From positions 62 through 64,061 of the forward strand of contig JBGSWA010000021.1 in assembly GCA_041752645.1 (NCBI GenBank): a stretch of 64,000 nucleotides of DNA, written 5' to 3'. Made by a program: the position numbers and the translations under genes. The notes under the pieces were generated by a model. The model saw only the letters and a list, made by a program, of their open reading frames with translations, made no database searches and was not told the origin of the DNA. Positions 8,768-17,522 of the stretch are shown here, one piece after another. Source of the DNA: Gillisia sp. Lineage in GTDB: Bacteria; Bacteroidota; Bacteroidia; Flavobacteriales; Flavobacteriaceae. The first letter of the stretch is position 1. Each line of letters opens with the position of its first letter.

Positions 8768-9451
8768 ATGAAAAGTCTATTTTATAAATTCATAGCATTA
8801 CTGCTTGTTGCATTTTCCACAACAGCTTGCTTTAATAAGAGCTCTCCGAATTATCAGTATTTTCCGGATATGTATTTCCCTGTTTCCTATGAAGCTTATG
8901 GAGAATATGATATTTTTGTCAATCAGCAGTCAGCTAGATTACCGGTAGAAGGTACAATTCCTCGCGGCTGGAAACCTTATGAATTTGAAAATTCAGTTGT
9001 AGGATACCAAATGGCTAAGTCTCAATTGACAAATCCCTTGCCATATTCTGAAGAAAACCTCGCTTCCGGTCAGCAGTTATTCACTATTTATTGTTCTGTT
9101 TGCCACGGAGATAAGGGTGATGGAAAAGGAATTTTGGTAGATAGGGAAAAGATTCTGGGAGTGCCTAGCTATGATGATATAGGAAGAGCCATTACAGAAG
9201 GAAGTATTTATCATGTGATGTATAATGGTTTAAATACTATGGGGTCTTATGCTTCTCAAACCTCCATTGAAGAGCGTTGGCAAATAGATCATTATGTAAT
9301 GAAATTAAAAAATGTATTGGAAGGCAATCCTGAAAGGGAATTTGTTGCTGAAACAGAAGAAAATCTTATTCCTGCAATTAATGCAGATACTACTGCAACT
9401 CAGGAATCAGATGTAACCCTTACTTCGGATCAACCAGAAAGTACAAACTAA
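8768..9451 (+). CDS. actE: ACIII subunit E, monoheme cytochrome c lipoprotein
   Basis: Lipobox (STTAC), YQYFPDMY, a single CSVCH, axial Met in NTMGSY. Confidence 0.92.
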   Translation: MKSLFYKFIALLLVAFSTTACFNKSSPNYQYFPDMYFPVSYEAYGEYDIFVNQQSARLPVEGTIPRGWKPYEFENSVVGYQMAKSQLTNPLPYSEENLASGQQLFTIYCSVCHGDKGDGKGILVDREKILGVPSYDDIGRAITEGSIYHVMYNGLNTMGSYASQTSIEERWQIDHYVMKLKNVLEGNPEREFVAETEENLIPAINADTTATQESDVTLTSDQPESTN

Positions 9452-9477
9452 AAATAACTGCATTTAGATATAATCAT

Positions 9478-10818
9478 ATGTACACGCTATCCAGTAAATT
9501 AAAATTAACGGCAATTATATTTATGATTGTTGGTGCCATTGGTCTCATCTACGCCTTTATTGCTGCTCCGGCTACCATTGAGGAGGTAAAGGAAATGATG
9601 GTTAATGAAGCCTCCCATGGATCCTCCACTGTGGAAATAGTCGATCAGGATGTTAAAATTGCCGACCCGGAACATTCGGAAGCAGCACATATTTTGGTTG
9701 ATGATCACGACAATGAACATTATGAGCATTTGCTTCATCAACTGCGAAATAAACCTTGGGCAGCGCTGTATGTTGCCGCATTTTTCTTTTTTATGATCTC
9801 CTTGGGAGTATTGGTTTTTTATGCATTGCAATATGCATCCCAGGCTGGATGGTCTCCTGTATTGTTCAGGGTTATGGAGGGTATCACCGCATATCTGTTA
9901 CCTGGAGGGATTATAATGTTTGTTATCTTACTGCTTTCAGGTCTTCATTTCAATCATTTATTCACCTGGATGGATCCGGAGGTGGTTGCAAATGATGAGC
10001 TTATTCAAAATAAATCGGGATATCTAAATCTGCCTTTTTTCCTAATCCGTGCAGCCTTGTATCTTATTGGCTGGAATATCTTCAGGTATTTGTTGAGAAG
10101 AAACTCGCTGCGAATGGATGATGCCACCGATAACAAATGGTTTAAACAGAATTTCAGACTCTCAGCAGCATTCCTGGTATTCTTTCTAATTACCGAATCA
10201 ATGATGTCCTGGGACTGGATTATGAGTTTGGACCCCCACTGGTTTAGTACCTTGTTTGGCTGGTATGTTTTTTCCAGTATGATTGTATCTGCGATAACAG
10301 TTATTGCCCTGGTTACAATATATCTTAAATCCAGGGGTTATTTGGAAAATGTAAACGACTCGCACATCCATGATCTCGCAAAATTTATGTTTGGATTTAG
10401 TATTTTTTGGACCTACTTGTGGTTTTCACAATTTATGCTAATTTGGTATGCCAATATTCCGGAGGAGGTCACATATTTTGTGACCAGGATAGAGGATTAC
10501 AATCTGCCTTTTTTCGGAATGGTCGTAATGAATTTTGTATTTCCAATTCTCATTCTTATGAACAGTGATTTTAAACGTATAAATTTGTTTGTAATTATGG
10601 GAGGAATTATTATTTTGCTAGGCCATTATTTAGATATTTTTGTAATGGTGATGCCGGCAACAGTTGGAGAATCATGGTTTATAGGTGTTTCCGAAATAAG
10701 CGCATTGTTATTGTTTGCCGGATTGTTTATTTTTGTGGTATTCAGTGCCCTTACTAAAGTGCCTTTGCTGCCCAAAGGGAATCCCTTTATTAAGGAGAGC
10801 AAACATTTTCATTATTAA
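9478..10818 (+). CDS. actF: ACIII subunit F, membrane subunit
   Basis: SWDWIMSLDPHWFSTLFGWY, HIHDLAKFMF, FSQFMLIWYANIPEE motifs; His-rich N-terminal loop. Confidence 0.92.
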   Translation: MYTLSSKLKLTAIIFMIVGAIGLIYAFIAAPATIEEVKEMMVNEASHGSSTVEIVDQDVKIADPEHSEAAHILVDDHDNEHYEHLLHQLRNKPWAALYVAAFFFFMISLGVLVFYALQYASQAGWSPVLFRVMEGITAYLLPGGIIMFVILLLSGLHFNHLFTWMDPEVVANDELIQNKSGYLNLPFFLIRAALYLIGWNIFRYLLRRNSLRMDDATDNKWFKQNFRLSAAFLVFFLITESMMSWDWIMSLDPHWFSTLFGWYVFSSMIVSAITVIALVTIYLKSRGYLENVNDSHIHDLAKFMFGFSIFWTYLWFSQFMLIWYANIPEEVTYFVTRIEDYNLPFFGMVVMNFVFPILILMNSDFKRINLFVIMGGIIILLGHYLDIFVMVMPATVGESWFIGVSEISALLLFAGLFIFVVFSALTKVPLLPKGNPFIKESKHFHY

Positions 10819-10845
10819 AGGATTTTTTAAAGAAGGAATAAAAAA

Positions 10846-11910
10846 ATGACTGTATTTTTAGTAATAATAGTAATAGCACTTTTTGCCATAACCATATGGC
10901 AAGTGTCCAAAATTTTTCAGTTATCAAAGGACAGTAGTGCGGCATCCTCTCAAATTGCAAATGATAAGGATAACAAAACCCAGGGAATCCTTATGCTTGC
11001 CTTTGCGGTTTTTTTCTACCTTTTAATGATCTTCTGTTTCTGGTACTACAGCAAGTTGTATCTGCCGCAGGCGGCATCTGCGCACGGTAGTGAAGTGGAT
11101 ACTTTACTGTTTATCTCTATTGGCGTTATAATGTTTGTGCAGGTTATTACCCAGGCACTTCTTTTCTGGTTTTCATATAAATATAAAGGTGTGAAAGGCT
11201 ATAAAGCCCTTTTTTATGCCGATAACGATAAACTCGAATTTATATGGACCATTATTCCGGTAATTGTATTATCCGGTTTGATCATTTACGGTTTGTTTAC
11301 CTGGTCTGACATTATGAATATCAACGAAGATGAGGATCCTATAATAATTGAAATTTATGCCAAACAATTCAGTTGGACAACCAGATATGCCGGGGCTGAT
11401 AATACCCTTGGCTCGGCAAACGTTCGTTTTATTGAAGGTGTAAATCAACTTGGGGTAGATCAAAGCGATCCCTATGCTGGGGATGATATCATAACAACAG
11501 AACTTCACCTTCCGGTAGGAAAGCCGGTGTTGTTTAAATTCAGGTCTCAGGATGTATTGCATTCTGCTTATTTCCCGCATTTCAGGGCTCAAATGAATGT
11601 GGTGCCTGGCATGATCACTCAGTTTGGGTTTACTCCTTCTATAACTACCCAGGAGATGAGGGCAAGTGAATATATGATCGATAAGGTAAAGACCATTAAC
11701 GGATTACGGGAGGAAAGCTCAAAAGAACTCCTCGCAAAGGGAGAGGTGGCTTTAGATCCCTATGAGTTTGATTACTTTTTATTGTGTAATAAAATTTGTG
11801 GCATAGCACACTATAACATGCAAATGAAAATTATAGTGGAAAGCGAAGAGGATTATAAGGCTTGGCTGGTGGGTCAACAAACTTTCGCAAAAACCATGGG
11901 GGCGCAATAA
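10846..11910 (+). CDS. ctaC: Cytochrome c oxidase subunit II (CuA; no fused cytochrome c)
   Basis: KLEFIWTIIP, SQDVLHS, CNKICGIAHYNM CuA ligand pattern. Confidence 0.95.
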   Translation: MTVFLVIIVIALFAITIWQVSKIFQLSKDSSAASSQIANDKDNKTQGILMLAFAVFFYLLMIFCFWYYSKLYLPQAASAHGSEVDTLLFISIGVIMFVQVITQALLFWFSYKYKGVKGYKALFYADNDKLEFIWTIIPVIVLSGLIIYGLFTWSDIMNINEDEDPIIIEIYAKQFSWTTRYAGADNTLGSANVRFIEGVNQLGVDQSDPYAGDDIITTELHLPVGKPVLFKFRSQDVLHSAYFPHFRAQMNVVPGMITQFGFTPSITTQEMRASEYMIDKVKTINGLREESSKELLAKGEVALDPYEFDYFLLCNKICGIAHYNMQMKIIVESEEDYKAWLVGQQTFAKTMGAQ

Positions 11911-11995
11911 TGGCCTCAAAATTTTACTTCACCCCGATAGGTGAAATTTGCATCAGTGGAAAAGGAAGGAATTTTAAAGTTAAAGATTTAAAAAT

Positions 11996-13816
11996 ATGTC
12001 AGCAGTAGGACACGCAATTTTAGATGAGCCACATAATAATCACGCGCATCATCATAAACAAACCTTTATTGAGAAGTACATTTTTAGTACGGACCATAAA
12101 ATGATTTCCAAGCAATACCTGATTACGGGTTTGCTAATGGGGGTTATTGGAATTTTAATGTCAGTGCTATTTCGGATGCAATTGGCATGGCCGGAAGAAT
12201 CCTTTGTAATGTTCGAGTTTCTTTTGGGTAAATGGGCGCCGAATGGGGTTATGTCCCCTGAGGTTTATCTGGCCCTTGTGACAATTCACGGAACTATAAT
12301 GGTGTTTTTTGTATTGACAGCAGGCCTAAGCGGTACTTTTAGTAACCTGTTGATTCCATTGCAGATTGGAGCCAGGGATATGGCATCAGGATTTTTGAAT
12401 ATGATCTCCTACTGGTTGTTCTTTCTTTCTTGCATCATTATGTTGAGCTCTTTATTTGTAGAAGCAGGGCCCGCCTCTGCTGGATGGACTATTTATCCAC
12501 CGTTGAGTGCATTGCCACAGGCAATAGGAGGCTCAGGATTGGGAATGACCCTCTGGTTAACCTCTATGGCTATCTTTATCGCCTCATCCTTAATGGGATC
12601 CCTGAACTACATTGTAACAACTATAAATCTAAGGACTAAGGGAATGTCAATGACAAGACTTCCACTGACCATTTGGGCATTTTTTGTAACTGCAATTATT
12701 GGAGTTGTTACTTTTCCGGTATTGCTTTCTGCTGCTTTACTGCTTATTATGGACAGAAGCTTTGGCACCTCTTTTTTCTTAAGTGATATTTTTTTACAGG
12801 GGGAGGTGTTGAGTCACCAGGGAGGTTCCCCCGTTCTTTTTGAACACCTATTCTGGTTTCTGGGACATCCGGAGGTATATATTGTTATTCTCCCTGCCAT
12901 GGGAATAGTTTCAGAAATTATGGCGACCAATGCCCGAAAACCGATTTTTGGTTACAGGGCGATGATAGCATCCATTTTGGCTATCGCTTTTCTTTCAACT
13001 GTAGTTTGGGGTCACCATATGTTCGTTTCAGGGATGAATCCATTTTTAGGTTCGGTATTCACCTTTACAACCCTTTTAATTGCAATACCTTCTGCGGTAA
13101 AGGCTTTTAACTGGATAACCACCCTCTGGAAAGGAAACCTGCAAATGAATCCGGCAATGTTGTTCTCAATAGGTTTTGTCTCTACCTTTATTACAGGTGG
13201 GCTAACCGGGATTATTTTGGGAGACAGCACATTAGACATCAACGTTCACGATACCTATTTTGTAATTGCTCACTTTCATCTGGTGATGGGAATTTCTGCA
13301 CTTTATGGGTTATTGGCAGGAATCTATCATTGGTTCCCAAAAATGTTTGGGAGAATGATGAACAAGAATCTGGGATTTGTCCATTTTTGGGTAACTGCCA
13401 TTGGAGCATATGGAGTGTTTTTCCCAATGCATTTTATAGGTATGGCCGGTCTTCCTAGACGTTATTATACCAACACGGCTTTTCCATATTTTGATGATTT
13501 AGCCAATGTAAATGTTATAATCACGGTTTTTGCATTGATTACCGCAGGGATACAGTTGGTGTTTTTATATAACTTCTTTCATTCTATTTTCTTCGGAAAA
13601 AAGGCAGTACAAAACCCCTGGAGTGCGAATTCTTTGGAATGGACCACTCCCGTTGAGCACATTCACGGAAACTGGCCGGGCGAAATTCCCTCGGTTTACC
13701 GGTGGCCTTACGATTACAGCAAAACCAATGAGGATGGACAATACGTTATAAAGGGCCAGGATTTTATTCCTCAAAATGTTCCTCTTCAGGAAAATGAAGA
13801 AGAAATGAGTCATTAA
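11996..13816 (+). CDS. ctaD: Cytochrome c oxidase subunit I, A1-type heme-copper oxidase
   Basis: TIHGTIM, WFLGHPEVY (A1 signature), WGHH, HDTYFVIAHFH, GLPRRY. Confidence 0.97.
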   Translation: MSAVGHAILDEPHNNHAHHHKQTFIEKYIFSTDHKMISKQYLITGLLMGVIGILMSVLFRMQLAWPEESFVMFEFLLGKWAPNGVMSPEVYLALVTIHGTIMVFFVLTAGLSGTFSNLLIPLQIGARDMASGFLNMISYWLFFLSCIIMLSSLFVEAGPASAGWTIYPPLSALPQAIGGSGLGMTLWLTSMAIFIASSLMGSLNYIVTTINLRTKGMSMTRLPLTIWAFFVTAIIGVVTFPVLLSAALLLIMDRSFGTSFFLSDIFLQGEVLSHQGGSPVLFEHLFWFLGHPEVYIVILPAMGIVSEIMATNARKPIFGYRAMIASILAIAFLSTVVWGHHMFVSGMNPFLGSVFTFTTLLIAIPSAVKAFNWITTLWKGNLQMNPAMLFSIGFVSTFITGGLTGIILGDSTLDINVHDTYFVIAHFHLVMGISALYGLLAGIYHWFPKMFGRMMNKNLGFVHFWVTAIGAYGVFFPMHFIGMAGLPRRYYTNTAFPYFDDLANVNVIITVFALITAGIQLVFLYNFFHSIFFGKKAVQNPWSANSLEWTTPVEHIHGNWPGEIPSVYRWPYDYSKTNEDGQYVIKGQDFIPQNVPLQENEEEMSH

Positions 13817-13840
13817 AGAGTACATTTCATTTTAATAAAA

Positions 13841-13884
13841 AAAAGCCTTTTCTTCCGGTGCATTCGGAAGGAAGAGGCTTTTTT
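13841..13884 (+). terminator. Intrinsic terminator of the act-cox operon
   Basis: aaaagcc-ttttcttccg-gtgcatt-cggaaggaaga-ggctttttt: long stem, A-run before and T-run after. Confidence 0.8.
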
Positions 13885-13888
13885 ATTT

Positions 13889-13896
13889 TATCTTTG
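13889..13896 (+). promoter_or_regulatory. sigma70 -7 box (TATCTTTG) of ruvB
   Basis: TAnnTTTG, 20 nt before the ATG. Confidence 0.6.
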
Positions 13897-13916
13897 TTTT
13901 CATAAATAAACCTAAT

Positions 13917-14939
13917 ATGAACGAGCACCTGGATCCCATCGGCGATAATTTTTCTTCAGAAGAATTGGATGTGGATAAAGCTTTAAGAACTCTTTCCTTT
14001 GATGATTTTGCCGGACAGGATCAAATTCTGGAAAATTTAAAGGTGTTTGTAAAAGCCGCAAACCTGCGTGGCGAAGCTCTGGACCATACCCTCTTTCACG
14101 GCCCACCCGGACTTGGAAAAACTACTCTGGCTTATATTTTGGCCAACGAATTGAATGTAGGCATAAAAGTCACCTCTGGCCCCGTGGTGGACAAACCCGG
14201 GGATTTGGCAGGATTGCTTACCAATCTGGAAGAGCGCGATGTTCTTTTTATAGATGAAATTCACAGGTTGAGTCCCATAGTTGAAGAGTATTTGTATTCG
14301 GCGATGGAGGATTATAAAATTGATATAATGATTGAATCCGGTCCTAACGCGCGTACCGTTCAAATCAATCTGAACCCCTTTACCCTTATTGGTGCAACCA
14401 CCCGTTCAGGCTTGCTAACCGCACCCATGAGGGCGAGGTTTGGCATTTCCAGCCGGCTTCAATATTATTCTACTGAACTGCTTTCAACAATCGTCCAGCG
14501 GAGTTCAGAAATTTTGAAAGTCCCAATTTCTTTGGATGCCGCTATAGAAATTGCAGGCAGAAGCAGGGGTACCCCGCGTATTGCCAATGCCCTTCTCAGG
14601 CGTGTGCGCGATTTTGCCCAAATTAAGGGGAACGGTAAAATTGATATGGAAATCGCTAAATTCAGTCTTCTGGCACTTAATGTGGATGCTCATGGCCTGG
14701 ATGAAATGGACAATAAGATCCTCACCACTATAATCGATAAATTCAAGGGTGGTCCCGTAGGGATTTCTACCCTGGCTACCGCGGTAAGCGAAAGCGCAGA
14801 AACTATCGAGGAAGTTTATGAGCCTTTTTTAATTCAACAGGGGTTTATTTACAGAACTCCACGCGGACGTGAGGTGACCGATGCCGCCTACAAACATTTG
14901 GGCAGGACCAGGGGAAATCTTCAGGGAGGTTTGTTTTAA
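13917..14939 (+). CDS. ruvB: Holliday junction branch migration helicase RuvB
   Basis: [40 protein letters not shown]. Confidence 0.98.
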   Translation: MNEHLDPIGDNFSSEELDVDKALRTLSFDDFAGQDQILENLKVFVKAANLRGEALDHTLFHGPPGLGKTTLAYILANELNVGIKVTSGPVVDKPGDLAGLLTNLEERDVLFIDEIHRLSPIVEEYLYSAMEDYKIDIMIESGPNARTVQINLNPFTLIGATTRSGLLTAPMRARFGISSRLQYYSTELLSTIVQRSSEILKVPISLDAAIEIAGRSRGTPRIANALLRRVRDFAQIKGNGKIDMEIAKFSLLALNVDAHGLDEMDNKILTTIIDKFKGGPVGISTLATAVSESAETIEEVYEPFLIQQGFIYRTPRGREVTDAAYKHLGRTRGNLQGGLF

Positions 14940-14965
14940 ATCTTCCTGTGCCTTGATGCGCGATA

Positions 14966-14973
14966 TACTTTTG
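14966..14973 (+). promoter_or_regulatory. sigma70 -7 box (TACTTTTG) of the P450-queG unit
   Basis: TAnnTTTG, 19 nt before the P450 ATG. Confidence 0.55.
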
Positions 14974-14992
14974 ATGTAGAAATACTAAATTT

Positions 14993-16324
14993 ATGGCAAA
15001 AAATAATTTTCCCATAGTTTCAATGTTTCAGTTTTATGCAAATTCAGGTGGAATCCTCAAGAATCCACTGCCATTTCATCATGAGAATTTTGAGAAACTC
15101 GGGGATAGTTTCCGGCTTGAGATAGGATTTGGAAAATCGGTTATATTTTCACGCGATGCCGGATTTGCCCAATATGCGCTTCAGAAAAATCAAAAGAATT
15201 ATAAAAAGTCCACGATTCAAACCCATGATCTTGCGAAATATGTCGGGAAAGGTTTATTGACCTCAGAAGGGGAGCATTGGCGCAAACAGCGTAAACTTAT
15301 ACAGCCGGCATTTCATAAAAAGCAACTTATGCAATTGCTCGATACCATTGAAGCCGCTATTTTAACTGAATTAGATAAAATTCGAACAGGGAGTCCAATG
15401 GATATATTTCCCGTTTTTAACGATCTTGCTTTTCAATCTGTTGTGAAATCCCTGTTTAGCAGCGCGGTTGGGGAAGAGGAAATCTCCCGACTTCAACATA
15501 TTACCGAAGCCACACAAAAAATGCTGGTTAAGGAATTGCGGCAACCTTATTTAGGATGGTGGTTTCGTCTCAGCGGAGCTATAAAACATCATGTAGGTTT
15601 GACCCGGGAAGCCAGGGAAATCTTGAAGGGACTTGTCACAGAACGGAAAAACAGCGGAAAACCAGAAGGGGATCTTCTGGATATGCTTTTGGATGCAAGG
15701 TATGAGGATGGGAACGCGATGGAGGAAGAACAACTTGTCGATGAGATCCTGATCCTTTTTACCGCAGGACATGAAACCACTTCCAACGCCTTGACTTTTA
15801 CCTCGCAACTACTGGCAAGGGATCCGGATTCCCAGGAAAAGATTGCGTTGGAAGTTGAACACGCCATTGAAAACACCCATGGATTATTCGAATTTATCCA
15901 GGGCTGTCCGTTCACCAAGAATGTGATAGAAGAAGCGATGCGGTTGTATCCCCCGGCTTATTTTATAGACAGGGTGAATATAGAGGACGATGAATTCAAT
16001 GGAATGTTTATTCCTAAGAATTCCAATTTGTTATTTTCCATGTACGAGATCCACCGGCATCCGGATCTTTGGGAAGAACCAGAGCTCTTTATGCCGGAGC
16101 GTTTTGCCGATGGAAAGGTCCAAAAAAATTCCTCTCACTATTTTCCCTTTGGAGCAGGACCCAGGATGTGCATCGGAAATAATTTTGCGATGTACGAAAT
16201 GATCCTGGCAATTTCGGCATTGATAAAAAAATACAGGATCTCGGCTGGATCAGAGAAAATCGTCATCTATCCGTTGATCACCTTAAAACCAAGGCATGCT
16301 TTTCTGGAGTTTAAAATGAGATAG
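14993..16324 (+). CDS. Cytochrome P450
   Basis: I-helix AGHETT, ExxR (EAMR), PERF, heme ligand FGAGPRMCIG. Confidence 0.95.
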   Translation: MAKNNFPIVSMFQFYANSGGILKNPLPFHHENFEKLGDSFRLEIGFGKSVIFSRDAGFAQYALQKNQKNYKKSTIQTHDLAKYVGKGLLTSEGEHWRKQRKLIQPAFHKKQLMQLLDTIEAAILTELDKIRTGSPMDIFPVFNDLAFQSVVKSLFSSAVGEEEISRLQHITEATQKMLVKELRQPYLGWWFRLSGAIKHHVGLTREAREILKGLVTERKNSGKPEGDLLDMLLDARYEDGNAMEEEQLVDEILILFTAGHETTSNALTFTSQLLARDPDSQEKIALEVEHAIENTHGLFEFIQGCPFTKNVIEEAMRLYPPAYFIDRVNIEDDEFNGMFIPKNSNLLFSMYEIHRHPDLWEEPELFMPERFADGKVQKNSSHYFPFGAGPRMCIGNNFAMYEMILAISALIKKYRISAGSEKIVIYPLITLKPRHAFLEFKMR

Positions 16325-16327
16325 GTC

Positions 16328-17254
16328 GTGTTGAATAATCCATCAAAATATACCCAACTGATAAAAACCGAAGCCAAACGCCTGGGTTTTATCTCCTGTG
16401 GAATATCCAGGGCCGGATTTCTTGAAAAGGAAGCTCCCAGGCTGGTGAATTGGCTAAATGAAAATAGGCACGGCGAGATGCGGTATATGGAAGATCATTT
16501 CGATAAACGCCTGGATCCCACAAAGCTGGTCGAAGGTTCAAAAAGTGTGATTTCCCTATTGCTGAATTATTTTCCCCACAAAGCCCAAAGAGAAGATTCC
16601 TATAAAATAAGCAAATACGCCTTTGGCACAGATTATCATTTTGTGATCAAAGACAAATTGAAGCAGCTGCTAAAGTTCATGCAAGAGGAGATAGGGGAAA
16701 TAGAAGGGCGTGCATTTGTCGATTCAGCCCCGGTGTTGGACAAAGCCTGGGCGGCAAAAAGCGGCCTGGGCTGGATTGGCAAGAATTCCAATTTACTGAC
16801 CAAACAGCTAGGATCATTTTATTTTATTGCCGAGCTGATCGTGGATCTTACGCTTGAGTATGATTCGGCCGTTACAGATCACTGCGGAAGTTGTACTGCT
16901 TGTATTGATGCCTGTCCCACCCATGCAATCGTAGAACCCTATAAAGTAGATGGCAGCAAATGTATTTCCTATTTTACCATTGAATTGAAAGAAGCATTGC
17001 CTACCTCTGTAAAAGGTCAATTTAAGGACTGGTTCTTTGGTTGTGATATCTGTCAGGATATTTGCCCCTGGAACAAATTTTCTAGACCACATAACGAGCC
17101 TTTGTTCAATCCACACCCAGCGTTGTTGGAAATGAATAAAAATGAGTGGGAAGAGCTTACAAAGGAAACCTTTGAGCTTATTTTTAAAAAATCCGCGGTA
17201 AAACGGACAAAATTTGAGGGGTTAAAGCGAAATACCAGATTTTTAAAAGATTAA
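16328..17254 (+). CDS. queG: tRNA epoxyqueuosine(34) reductase
   Basis: [46 protein letters not shown]; GTG start. Confidence 0.96.
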   Translation: MLNNPSKYTQLIKTEAKRLGFISCGISRAGFLEKEAPRLVNWLNENRHGEMRYMEDHFDKRLDPTKLVEGSKSVISLLLNYFPHKAQREDSYKISKYAFGTDYHFVIKDKLKQLLKFMQEEIGEIEGRAFVDSAPVLDKAWAAKSGLGWIGKNSNLLTKQLGSFYFIAELIVDLTLEYDSAVTDHCGSCTACIDACPTHAIVEPYKVDGSKCISYFTIELKEALPTSVKGQFKDWFFGCDICQDICPWNKFSRPHNEPLFNPHPALLEMNKNEWEELTKETFELIFKKSAVKRTKFEGLKRNTRFLKD

Positions 17255-17490
17255 ACTTATCCATGATTAAATTATAAATTGTATTATAGTTTTTCATCCC
17301 CCTGATTTTATTTTCAAGATCCCTTAATAATATAAAAAAGATGAATTTATATTAAAATAAAAATTTCTTCTTATACCCTGGATGTTACCTTATCTTGTAG
17401 AATGATTTTAAATAGGGTTATTATGTTGTTTTCTGTTAACAAACCACCTGATTTTCGATGGATTAAGCACCTTGATGCACTGCATCTTGT

Positions 17491-17498
17491 TATATTTG
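17491..17498 (+). promoter_or_regulatory. sigma70 -7 box (TATATTTG) of maeB
   Basis: TAnnTTTG, with TTG 16 nt upstream; 24 nt before the ATG. Confidence 0.6.
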
Positions 17499-17522
17499 TT
17501 GTTAAGTTAAAAAAAATAACAC

